Shown: piece by piece, positions 1 to 8,297 of the stretch | Layout: each line of letters starts with the position of its first letter | How positions within the stretch are numbered: position 1 is the stretch's first letter | Source of the DNA: Patescibacteria group bacterium UBA4787 | GTDB lineage: Bacteria; Patescibacteriota; Patescibacteriia; UBA2591; UBA4787 | Reading direction: 5' to 3' | NCBI GenBank assembly: GCA_002402995.1 | Contig: DHGX01000001.1 | Coordinates: 85,625-149,624 of the forward strand | Length of the DNA: 64,000 bases | Program-made: the position numbers and the translations under genes | The notes under the pieces: generated by a model | Told to the model about the DNA's origin: nothing | The model's input: the letters and a program-made list of their open reading frames with translations, nothing else | Databases searched by the model: none

Positions 1-644
1 ATTTTAAAGAAGAAAACGGGTGTTTCGTAAAGAATAAAGTTATTTTTTATCGCCACAACGGAAAAGAGAATAAAGTTATTAGTCTTAAAGATATCAAAAT
101 ATTGGGTCAACATAATTTAGAAAATATTTTAGCAGCCACAACAACATCTTTAGTGGACGGTATTAAAAGCAAAGACATTAAAGAAGCGATTAAAAATTTT
201 TCCGGCGTGCCAGATCGTTTTGAGTTAACCAGAACGTGGCATGGTGTTAAATTCATCAATGACACAACCGCTACAACACCGGAAGCTTCAATCAATGCTA
301 TTAAAATTTGTCGATCATTTTCGTATAAAAATATATTTTTGATCGCTGGCGGCGCGGACAAAAAATTGAATTATACTTCCTGGGCGGGCGCGGTTAAAAA
401 ATATTCCGCTCAACCCTTTTTATTAGAAGGAACAGCTACTCCTAAGATTTATCAATCTCTTGGCAAGAGAGGCATAAAAGCGGTTATTTTCGATGACCTC
501 AAAAAATGCTTTAATCAAATTATTAGTTTGGTTAAAAGGGGCGACACCGTTCTTTTGTCTCCAGCCGCGGCTAGTTTCGGGATGTTCAAAAATGAATTTG
601 ATCGCGGCCGCCAGTTTACTCAATTAGCGAAATTGTTAAAATAG
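1..644 (+). CDS. murD: UDP-N-acetylmuramoylalanine--D-glutamate ligase (MurD), C-terminal part. The frame is open from the window edge, so the N-terminus lies upstream.
   Basis: The frame carrying ORF 102..644 has no stop back to base 3. It contains the Mur-ligase motif GQHNLENILAA and a C-terminal Mur ligase domain, followed by ftsW (dcw order). Confidence 0.7.
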   Translation, partial: FKEENGCFVKNKVIFYRHNGKENKVISLKDIKILGQHNLENILAATTTSLVDGIKSKDIKEAIKNFSGVPDRFELTRTWHGVKFINDTTATTPEASINAIKICRSFSYKNIFLIAGGADKKLNYTSWAGAVKKYSAQPFLLEGTATPKIYQSLGKRGIKAVIFDDLKKCFNQIISLVKRGDTVLLSPAAASFGMFKNEFDRGRQFTQLAKLLK

Positions 645-756
645 AATAGAACAGAACCATAGAAAATAGAAAGTAGAATTATCAACGAATTTACTCCGCC
701 AACTGGCGGAACAAATTTACGAATTATGAGTTTAGAAATTAGAATTTTTTAATATT

Positions 757-1857
757 ATGTTCAAATCAGAGCATCAGCCGGATTATATTCTTATCGTCAT
801 TACTGTAATTATTTTATTTTTAGGTTTAGTGGTTTTGTCTTCAGCTTCTTCGGTGGTTGGTTTCCAAAAATTCGGCGACAGCTATTATTTTTTAAAACAT
901 CAATTATTAGTCGGAGTTCTGCCAGGACTTATTTTATTTTATTTAGCCAGTAAACTAGACTATCAAATTTTAAAAAAGATCGCTTTGCCATTTTTAATAA
1001 TAAGCGTTATTTTAAATTTTTTGGTTTTTGCTCCGGTAATTGGTTTCTCAAGCGGTGGAGCCCATCGTTGGATTAGAATATTCGGTTTTATTTTTCAGCC
1101 CAGTGAATTATTAAAATTAAGTTTCTTATTATATTTGGCCAGCTGGCTTGATGCCAGACCCAACAGGGTAAAATCATTATATGAAGGGTTTTTGCCCTTT
1201 GTCGCGGTTCTGGTTCTGGTTTCTATCCCGGTTGTTTTACAACCAGATCTGGGAAGCTTGATTATTATTTTTATTATTGCCGTGTCAGTCTATTTTATGG
1301 CCGGCGCAAAAGCCAGTCATTTTTTGATTTTAATTAGCGCTATTTTGGCTATAGTTTTTTTGGCTATTTTATTAGAGCCTTATCGTTTGACTAGATTAAC
1401 CACTTTTCTTCATCCGAGTCTAGATCCGCAGGGAATCGGTTATCACATCAAACAATCTTTGATAGCTGTTGGCTCGGGCGGATTTTTCGGTTTGGGTCTC
1501 GGGCATTCACGCCAAAAATATCTTTATTTGCCGGAGGCTCATAGTGATTCCATTTTCGCGGTGATGGCCGAAGAATTGGGCTTTTTTATGATTCTGGCTT
1601 TTCTCGGGATAATTTTACTTTTAGCCTATCGTTGTCTTAAGATTGCCAGAAAAGCGCCGGATCACTTTGGTAAAATTTTGGTTAGCGGGGTTATGGTTTG
1701 GTTCATCTTGCAAGCTTTTATAAATATCGGAGCAATGATCAATCTTTTTCCTTTGACTGGTATTCCTCTACCCCTGATTAGTTCTGGAGGAACGGCGATG
1801 ATTGTTTTTTTGGCTGCCTTGGGTATAGTAGTTAATATTTCAAAAGAGACAATCTAA
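757..1857 (+). CDS. ftsW: SEDS-family peptidoglycan glycosyltransferase FtsW/RodA
   Basis: Ten-TM-type hydrophobic profile with SEDS motifs (e.g. GGAHRWI, PEAHSDSIFAV and LPLTGIPLPLISSGGT). It sits directly after murD. Confidence 0.8.
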   Translation: MFKSEHQPDYILIVITVIILFLGLVVLSSASSVVGFQKFGDSYYFLKHQLLVGVLPGLILFYLASKLDYQILKKIALPFLIISVILNFLVFAPVIGFSSGGAHRWIRIFGFIFQPSELLKLSFLLYLASWLDARPNRVKSLYEGFLPFVAVLVLVSIPVVLQPDLGSLIIIFIIAVSVYFMAGAKASHFLILISAILAIVFLAILLEPYRLTRLTTFLHPSLDPQGIGYHIKQSLIAVGSGGFFGLGLGHSRQKYLYLPEAHSDSIFAVMAEELGFFMILAFLGIILLLAYRCLKIARKAPDHFGKILVSGVMVWFILQAFINIGAMINLFPLTGIPLPLISSGGTAMIVFLAALGIVVNISKETI

Positions 1858-1866
1858 AATAGACAT

Positions 1867-2277
1867 ATGAGTGGTTCGCGCCTCAAACAAAAATTGCCGT
1901 TCATTCATTCGCCGGCTTTTACTCTGGTTTTGTTATTTCTTTTTTTGTTTTTGACAATCGCTTTGATCAAAGAGACTGCAAAATTTATTAATATTTCCCG
2001 TCAACTTTCTTCGGCCAGAAAAGGCATCGTAAAATTAGAAGAAAAAAATCAGAATATGGCAAGCGAGCTGAATTATTTACAGGATGATTTTTCTAAAGAA
2101 AAGGAGGCGCGCGAAAAATTAAATATGCTTAAACCTGGCGAAAAGAAAATTATTATTCAAGCGTCTGGCAAAAATTTTAAAAATAATGACTGGGTTGCCG
2201 GATTGACGCTGAAAAAAGAATCTCTATGGCAAAAAATTTATCAGTGGGTAAGTTCCTTGTTTCATCTTTATAATTGA
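1867..2277 (+). CDS. Septum-formation initiator (FtsB/DivIC/FtsL-like) bitopic coiled-coil protein
   Basis: Single N-terminal TM followed by a leucine-zipper-like coiled coil (LEEKNQNMASELNYLQDDFSKEKEAREKLNMLKP). Position in the dcw cluster supports the call. Confidence 0.5.
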   Translation: MSGSRLKQKLPFIHSPAFTLVLLFLFLFLTIALIKETAKFINISRQLSSARKGIVKLEEKNQNMASELNYLQDDFSKEKEAREKLNMLKPGEKKIIIQASGKNFKNNDWVAGLTLKKESLWQKIYQWVSSLFHLYN

Positions 2278-2640
2278 TTGTTTATCCAGGTTTCAATATC
2301 GTTGCGCCATACCGGTTCTAATATTATCTTCGCTAAATTTTATATCAAATTAAATACTCTACATTTCCTCAAACAGGTTTTAATATCGTCCTATCCGGAG
2401 AGCCAAGCGGGATTTGCAGAGCCGAAAGCTCCGCTTTTCTCTTTGTTAGAGCCTATCTGGGCAGGTTCTAACCGTCCAATCTTTTGTTTTATTGTAAGAA
2501 AAATTGAAAGCCACTCCGCTGTTTTTTATACCGCCACCGGACGCGACGAGATATTCAATTTATTTATAAACGTAAATATTACTGATAAAGATGTGCGTAA
2601 ATTACATAATAAAGAAGTTAAAGAATTAAAAAAATTATGA
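2278..2640 (+). CDS. Hypothetical protein (weak call)
   Basis: ORF only; no recognisable motifs and no clear RBS. Confidence 0.2.
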   Translation: MFIQVSISLRHTGSNIIFAKFYIKLNTLHFLKQVLISSYPESQAGFAEPKAPLFSLLEPIWAGSNRPIFCFIVRKIESHSAVFYTATGRDEIFNLFINVNITDKDVRKLHNKEVKELKKL

Positions 2641-3107
2641 ATAATACACTCAAACTCATCGTCGCCATCGTAGTTTCTGAGCTGGCCGGTATTATCGGCT
2701 CGGTATTTACGACTCCGTCCATTGCCGGCTGGTACGCAGGACTGGTTAAGCCTGCCCTAAATCCGCCGGCATGGGTGTTTGGTCCGGTCTGGACGACGTT
2801 ATTCGTTCTTATGGGCATCGCGGCATTCCTGATCTGGAAGAAAGGATTGGATCGTAGGGATATTAAGATAGCTCTCGGTATATTTCTCGGTCAGCTAGTT
2901 TTAAACACGCTTTGGTCGATTATCTTTTTCGGCTTGCATTCTCCGGGCGGTGCGTTCATTGAGATTATATTCCTCTGGCTTGCCATCCTCGCTACGATCG
3001 CTACTTTCGCAAGAATTTCTAAACCGGCTGCATGGCTTTTGGTGCCCTACGTTCTTTGGGTGAGTTTCGCCTCGTATTTAAACTTTGCCATCTGGTCGTT
3101 GAATTAA
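2637..3107 (+). CDS. tspO: TspO/MBR family tryptophan-rich sensory protein
   Basis: Five-TM protein with W-rich TspO signature stretches (WYAGLVKPALNPPAWVFGPVWTTLF and LWSIIFFG). Confidence 0.8.
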   Translation: MNNTLKLIVAIVVSELAGIIGSVFTTPSIAGWYAGLVKPALNPPAWVFGPVWTTLFVLMGIAAFLIWKKGLDRRDIKIALGIFLGQLVLNTLWSIIFFGLHSPGGAFIEIIFLWLAILATIATFARISKPAAWLLVPYVLWVSFASYLNFAIWSLN

Positions 3108-3493
3108 ATCCATTAAGCAAATATGACTCGCTGTAATTTGCTTAATATCGCGTAAGTTAAGCAAATCGTCCCGTCCCAAGCTCGCAATTTTGGGCAACGC
3201 GCCGGGTCAGATTCTCAATCGGTATCCAACTACCCCGGGGACAAAGCTCGCCTCCGGGGCAAACAGGTGGCAAATTCGAATCAATCCTCTTTGTATTCGG
3301 CCAGCAGTTGATTCATTTGGGAGAGAACGACGGTCAGATGCTTGTATTCATCCGCCCAATCAAACGTTCGGAAATCGTTGAGCAGGGCGAGCTCACAAGA
3401 GAGTCAACTTTGGCTGGTTTTTATTCGTGATTATTTTCAGATTCGCATTGCTCTAGCTGGCGAATATTTATAAAGATGCTAAACTGAATATAT

Positions 3494-4072
3494 ATGTGGT
3501 GGGATTATTTCATTTTCCAAAAACTGAATTATTTGATTAATCATAAAACCATGACCGGTTTTTATTTTGATACAGCTACAATCTTTTTGGCTGATATTTT
3601 GATATTTTTTATTCCAGCTTTAATTTTAATCTTTTATTTTTTAGCCCCCAAAATAAAGAAAATAATTTATCAACAAGCTATAATAGTGGCCGCTTTATCG
3701 GCCGCATTTGCTTTTTCAGTAAGCCAGATTATTGGAAAGATTTATTTTCGCCCCAGACCATTCGTATCGCATCAGGAAACGATTCGTTTAATCAAGGCAT
3801 TAGAGACTATATCCGACAAATCTTTCCCTTCGGACCATACTACTGTGTCCTTTGCTATTGCTTTTGCCGTATTTTTTTATAATCGTTATTTGGGGTGGAT
3901 CTTATTGATTATGAGTCTTTTGATCGGCGCGGCGAGAATTATCGCCGGGGTTCATTATCCTTTAGATGTTTTAGGCGGTATAGTTCTTGGTTTATTAAGC
4001 GCGCTATTGGTTAAATTTCTTTTTGAGACTAAAATAAAGAATAAAATATGGCCGACCTCGTCGAACAATTAA
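3494..4072 (+). CDS. PAP2-family phosphatase (undecaprenyl-diphosphatase-like)
   Basis: PAP2 motifs KIYFRPRP, PSDH and ARIIAGVHYPLDVLGG in a polytopic membrane protein. The true start may be the internal Met at about 3551. Confidence 0.7.
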   Translation: MWWDYFIFQKLNYLINHKTMTGFYFDTATIFLADILIFFIPALILIFYFLAPKIKKIIYQQAIIVAALSAAFAFSVSQIIGKIYFRPRPFVSHQETIRLIKALETISDKSFPSDHTTVSFAIAFAVFFYNRYLGWILLIMSLLIGAARIIAGVHYPLDVLGGIVLGLLSALLVKFLFETKIKNKIWPTSSNN

Positions 4073-4686
4073 TCGCCAGCAAATATCTTAAAGCACCTCA
4101 CTTGATTAAAGCGTTTAAAAAAATTAAACGCGAAGATTTCGTTTTACCTGGAGCGAAAGAAGAAGCAGGGCTAAACGTTCCTTTAAATATAGGATTCGGC
4201 CAAACAATTTCTCAACCCTTAACCGTGGCCTTTATGTTAGAACTATTAGAACCAAGAAAAACCGAAAAAGTCTTAGATATTGGTTCGGGATCGGGTTGGG
4301 TGTCGGCTTTATTGACAGAGATAGTCGGCGAAAGTGGCAGAGTCTACGCCATTGAACGAATCGAGGAATTAAAAAGTTTCGGTGAACAAAATACGGAAAA
4401 ATATAGATTTGTTTCCGACGGGCGGTTGAAATTTTTTGTAGGCGATGGCGCAAAAGGACTGCCGGAATACGCGCCTTTTGACGTGATTCACGTGGCTGCT
4501 AGCGCTGCGACAATTCCGTCAGCCTTATTGGATCAACTGGCAATTGGCGGGCGCTTGATCATACCTGAGGGTGTGGACACCCAAGAATTAGTTTTAATTG
4601 AACGTAAAAGCGAAAATGAATATACTCAGCGCCGTTTTAGTGGTTTTGTCTTCGTACCCCTAATCTCCAAAACAATAAATAGATAG
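4048..4686 (+). CDS. pcm: Protein-L-isoaspartate O-methyltransferase
   Basis: GQTISQP motif, LDIGSGSGW SAM-binding motif, and the expected overall length. Confidence 0.85.
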   Translation: MADLVEQLIASKYLKAPHLIKAFKKIKREDFVLPGAKEEAGLNVPLNIGFGQTISQPLTVAFMLELLEPRKTEKVLDIGSGSGWVSALLTEIVGESGRVYAIERIEELKSFGEQNTEKYRFVSDGRLKFFVGDGAKGLPEYAPFDVIHVAASAATIPSALLDQLAIGGRLIIPEGVDTQELVLIERKSENEYTQRRFSGFVFVPLISKTINR

Positions 4687-4719
4687 GTTCGTAAAATTAA
4701 ATTATAAATTTTTAAAATT

Positions 4720-5118
4720 ATGGCCGAACCAAAATTAAGCCCTAAATGGTTAAGGCTTGTTATTTTCTGGATAGGTATTATCGCGACTGTAACATATAGG
4801 GCGATTATTATTTTTAATCATTATAAAATTTATTTTTGGTCGGATGTTCTATGGTATGTCGGCACCATAGGTTTCGTGATTTATTTCTGGCATCGCTCCC
4901 AAATTTCTGAACGCCGCATCAAAGTTATTCAAGAACAAAATCTGGGAGAAAAAATCAGACAGTCGTCCCTCGATTCCGAAACTAAAGAATCGGTTAATTA
5001 TGTGATTGGGGGCTTGTCTTCTTCTATGGAAAAATGGAATTATACCGCAATTTTTATTACTTCTGGACTAGCCTTGTTTTTTATGGTCGCTTTGAATTTA
5101 TTCAAATTAAGTAAATAG
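4720..5118 (+). CDS. Hypothetical membrane protein
   Basis: Two to three predicted TM helices; no recognised domain. Confidence 0.35.
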   Translation: MAEPKLSPKWLRLVIFWIGIIATVTYRAIIIFNHYKIYFWSDVLWYVGTIGFVIYFWHRSQISERRIKVIQEQNLGEKIRQSSLDSETKESVNYVIGGLSSSMEKWNYTAIFITSGLALFFMVALNLFKLSK

Positions 5119-5252
5119 AAGGTGCTTTACTTAAATTTCACCGGCTTTATAATAGAGGGTGTTAATCCTGTGTTTCCGCCGGTCGGCGGATCGTTCGCTT
5201 GATAATAAATTATTGAACCAAATGAATCTAAAATTATTTATTTTATAAAATT

Positions 5253-5819
5253 ATGCCACTTAATATTGATACAATTCCCGGGGGTAAGGAATTAATTGAT
5301 GCTCAAAAAACTCTCGAGACCGCTGGTATTATTGAAGGTATGCGCGTAGGAGATTTAGGCTGTGGCGCTCGCGGACTTTTTGCTCTACAAACAGCCAAAT
5401 TGGTTGGTCGCAAAGGATTGGTTTATGCTATAGATATTTTAAAAAATATTTTACATGGCATTGAAATAAACGCCAAAGAATATGGACTGAGTAACATCAA
5501 AACCGTTTGGTCGGATTTAGAAATTTATGGCGCTACAAAAATTCAGGAAAATTCTTTGGATATGTGTTTGTTGATCAATGTGCTTTTTCAAACCAAAGAC
5601 GATAAAACCGTAATTAGAGAGGCGGCGCGATTATTAAAAAACGGCGGCCGATTGTTGGTGGTTGATTGGGAAAAAACCGGCGCTCCTTTTGGTCCGAAAG
5701 TTGAAGAGAGGGTTAATGTTGATGCTCTGAAGAAATTCGCGCAAGAAATTGATATGATATTGGAAAAAGAATTTGAGCCAGGGCCTTATCACTTTGCGAC
5801 AGTTTTTATTAAAAAATAG
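5253..5819 (+). CDS. Class I SAM-dependent methyltransferase
   Basis: Motif I (VGDLGCGARG) and a post-I acidic residue; LLKNGGRLLVVDWE is motif IV-like. Confidence 0.65.
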   Translation: MPLNIDTIPGGKELIDAQKTLETAGIIEGMRVGDLGCGARGLFALQTAKLVGRKGLVYAIDILKNILHGIEINAKEYGLSNIKTVWSDLEIYGATKIQENSLDMCLLINVLFQTKDDKTVIREAARLLKNGGRLLVVDWEKTGAPFGPKVEERVNVDALKKFAQEIDMILEKEFEPGPYHFATVFIKK

Positions 5820-5876
5820 AAGGTGTTAAACCTTTTGTTGTTGCGTTCGCTCGCTTAATAATAAATTATTCATATA

Positions 5877-6236
5877 ATGGGACTAACCCAAGAAATCGGC
5901 CGTCGTGGGGAAAACGAGGCGGTTGATTTTTTAAAAAAGAAAAAATATAAAATAATTGGACGCAACTTCCGCACGTCTAAATTTGGCGAAATTGATATTA
6001 TTGCCGAAAACAATAACCAGCTGATTTTCGTGGAAGTTAAAGCGAAAACAAATTATAACTTCGGGGCCCCAGAAGAAGAATTCACGCGATATAAAAAGAA
6101 AAAAATGCGACGCGCTATTCAAGATTATTTTTGGGCCAAAAAGTTAGAAACCGAAAATTGGCGTATTGATTTGGTTGCCGTCGATTTTCTACGAGATAGA
6201 ACGGAAATTCGCCAACATACTATTTATCAAGATTAA
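5877..6236 (+). CDS. yraN: YraN-family (UPF0102) PD-(D/E)xK endonuclease-like protein
   Basis: GRRGENEAVDFL...GEIDIIAE...VEVKAK pattern typical of YraN. Confidence 0.75.
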   Translation: MGLTQEIGRRGENEAVDFLKKKKYKIIGRNFRTSKFGEIDIIAENNNQLIFVEVKAKTNYNFGAPEEEFTRYKKKKMRRAIQDYFWAKKLETENWRIDLVAVDFLRDRTEIRQHTIYQD

Positions 6237-6257
6237 GATTTTATTTTCCATCGCCAC

Positions 6258-6287
6258 TTGACAAAAAGCCTTAATTTTAAGTAAAAT
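6258..6287 (+). promoter_or_regulatory. Sigma70-like promoter (TTGACA, about 18 nt spacer, TAAAAT) upstream of the ARC ATPase gene
   Basis: cTTGACAaaaagccttaattttaagTAAAAT; followed by the GTTCTTTAAA leader motif at about 6333. Confidence 0.5.
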
Positions 6288-6369
6288 TAGATTGTCTTCT
6301 ATTTTAAGACAGAATAAAAATAAAATAGTTCTTTAAATAAAAAATCAAAATGGGAAAGGAGGGTGTAAA

Positions 6370-8094
6370 ATGCCCGAAACCTTGAAACAGCGTCTGCAGA
6401 AGTGGATTCGCGACGAGGGTAGTTCAATCGATAAACTGGTCGAGTTTATTCAGCAGGAAATCAACGCGGTTATCCAGGAAAAGATCAAGCAGGTCGGAGC
6501 TTTAGTCGAGAAACTAAAGAATAGCGAAAATGCGCGACTCGATTTATTTGAGAAGTTCCAGGAACTAGTGAAGCGCTACAAGAATCTGAAAGAGCCGCCT
6601 TCAAGCTATGGCCGTGTTTTAGACAAACAGAGCGAACACGATCGTCTATTAAATCAAGACACTAAAACCGTAACCATTATCACTGCCGAAGGACGGATTA
6701 TGAAGGTTTTAGCCGAATCCGATGAGCTGTATAACAGGTTAAAATTCGGCGACAGCGTAGTAATAAACGCTAACGGCAACATTACGGCCTGCGGCTCGTT
6801 CCTCGGTAATGGTAGAACTGCGACCATCGAAATTGTCCTTGATGCGCGCCGGGCCCTGATCAATACGGGTACGGATCACAAAGAGGAGGTTTATTTGGTC
6901 CCTGGTTTCGCCAGTTTGAAATCTGGTGACGTGGTGGTTTACGATCCGTATTCGCACTTCGTTCTGGAGAAGATTCCGAAGGACGCCAATTTGAGCGAAC
7001 TGGAGCTGGAAAAGGTTCCGAACATTTCTTTGGACGACATCGGCGGTTTGCCGGAACAGAAAAGCACTATTGCTTTTAATATCTTGTCGCCGTTGGTTTA
7101 TCCCGAGATTTTCCAGAAACAGAAGCTCGAAATGTCCAAGGGCGCGATTTTGATCGGCCCTCCGGGCTGCGGCAAGACCATGATGGCCAAAGCGATCGCT
7201 CACGAACTGACGATGCATATGCGGGAAAAGCTCAAGAACCCAACGGCTATGGGCTGCTTCCTTTATGTGCGCGGTCCGGAACTTTCCGCCTGGTTGGTCG
7301 GTATGACCGAGTACAAGCTGCGCGAATTGTTCAAGAAAGCGGTGGAGAAAGCCAAGGAAACTGGTATTCCAACCGTCATTTACATTGACGAGGTGGAATC
7401 TTTTTTGAGGACGCGTGGAACAGGGATCTCTTCTGATGTGAAGGACGATTACGTGACCCAATTTAACTCTTTGGTTGACGGCCTTGACGAGACCGGCGGT
7501 CTGGTGTTTGTGCTGGCAGCCTCTAATCGTCCGGACATGATCGACCCGGCTGTGATGCGCGAAGGCCGACTTGACCTGAAGGTGATGGTCAGCCGTCCGA
7601 CACGCACAGAGCATGCCGAGGACATCCTGCGCAAGTATTTGACTTCGGATCTTTATTTCGACAAGTGTCACGAGAATGACGATAAGACGGTCTTGGTCAA
7701 CGAGTGGATCAAGAAAATCGCCAACTTCATTTTCGCGGACACGGAAGAGACGGAGTTCATGCGAGTGGACTATGTTGACGGCACAAACGAGGTTCTGTAT
7801 TTCCGGCATTTCGTTTCCGGCGCATTACTGAAAGCAATCGTCGATGAGGCGAAGCGCAAAGCTATCCGGCGGGAAATGGAAAAGCGCGGTGACTGTGGCT
7901 TAACGATAGACGACTTCTTGTCGGCTACAACGGAAAAGTTCTGCCAGAATAAACATCTGATTGACAAAGATGCTCTGCGGCAGGAATTCATTCTGCGGCC
8001 GGGCAAGACCGTTGAGAAGGTCATCAGCCTCGTGGAAACCAAGGAGGTGGAGAAGGAGCGCGGTGGTCTGAATGTTGACAGTGATGCTGTGTAA
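6370..8094 (+). CDS. arc: Proteasome-associated AAA+ ATPase (ARC/Mpa-type)
   Basis: N-terminal coiled coil, a middle OB-like region, and a AAA module with Walker A GPPGCGKT, Walker B IYIDEVE and a second region of homology. It lies adjacent to pup, dop and prcBA genes. The C-terminus ends ...DSDAV and has no GQYL/HbYX motif. Confidence 0.8.
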   Translation: MPETLKQRLQKWIRDEGSSIDKLVEFIQQEINAVIQEKIKQVGALVEKLKNSENARLDLFEKFQELVKRYKNLKEPPSSYGRVLDKQSEHDRLLNQDTKTVTIITAEGRIMKVLAESDELYNRLKFGDSVVINANGNITACGSFLGNGRTATIEIVLDARRALINTGTDHKEEVYLVPGFASLKSGDVVVYDPYSHFVLEKIPKDANLSELELEKVPNISLDDIGGLPEQKSTIAFNILSPLVYPEIFQKQKLEMSKGAILIGPPGCGKTMMAKAIAHELTMHMREKLKNPTAMGCFLYVRGPELSAWLVGMTEYKLRELFKKAVEKAKETGIPTVIYIDEVESFLRTRGTGISSDVKDDYVTQFNSLVDGLDETGGLVFVLAASNRPDMIDPAVMREGRLDLKVMVSRPTRTEHAEDILRKYLTSDLYFDKCHENDDKTVLVNEWIKKIANFIFADTEETEFMRVDYVDGTNEVLYFRHFVSGALLKAIVDEAKRKAIRREMEKRGDCGLTIDDFLSATTEKFCQNKHLIDKDALRQEFILRPGKTVEKVISLVETKEVEKERGGLNVDSDAV

Positions 8095-8102
8095 ATCAAT
8101 CC

Positions 8103-8136
8103 AGAGGGGAGCTCAAGCTTCCCTCTTTTATTTATT
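8103..8136 (+). terminator. Rho-independent terminator after arc
   Basis: agaggggagctcaagcttccctc hairpin followed by TTTTATTTATTT. Confidence 0.6.
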
Positions 8137-8216
8137 TAATTAATTTTTTATTGACCAATGCACCTCGGCTTATTTTATCAAAAATAACGACTGTTGATAA
8201 AAACTTCTAAATGGGG

Positions 8217-8246
8217 TTGACAAATTGGGTTTTTTACAACTATAAT
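8217..8246 (+). promoter_or_regulatory. Promoter (TTGACA, 18 nt spacer, TATAAT) upstream of the dop-like gene
   Basis: gTTGACAaattgggttttttacaacTATAAT; leader motif CGTTCTTTAAA at 8269-8279; strong SD AAAGGGGG before the ATG at 8298. Confidence 0.6.
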
Positions 8247-8297
8247 TAAGTATTAAAAAATTAAATATCGTTCTTTAAAAAGAAAGGGGGTAACTCA

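Noticed and set aside
640-760. TAGAA/TTCTA short-period repeats in intergenic regions (also 38082-38110)
   Set aside because: Too short and AT-rich to distinguish from compositional bias; no spacer-repeat architecture.
2278-2640. Considered whether this region hides a tRNA or ncRNA (GAGCCAAGCGGGATTTGCAGAGCCGAAAGCTCCGCTTT)
   Set aside because: No cloverleaf can be built and there is no T-loop. It is left as a weak hypothetical ORF.
3190-3381. 63-aa plus-strand ORF in the GC-rich island
   Set aside because: No RBS and a Pro/Gly/Arg-rich translation typical of a random frame in GC-rich DNA. The region is reported as a possible remnant or ncRNA instead.
6739-7809. 356-aa antisense ORF inside the ARC ATPase gene
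   Set aside because: It lies in the GC-rich island where random long antisense frames are expected. Its composition is Arg/His-rich junk. The sense strand encodes a clear AAA+ protein.
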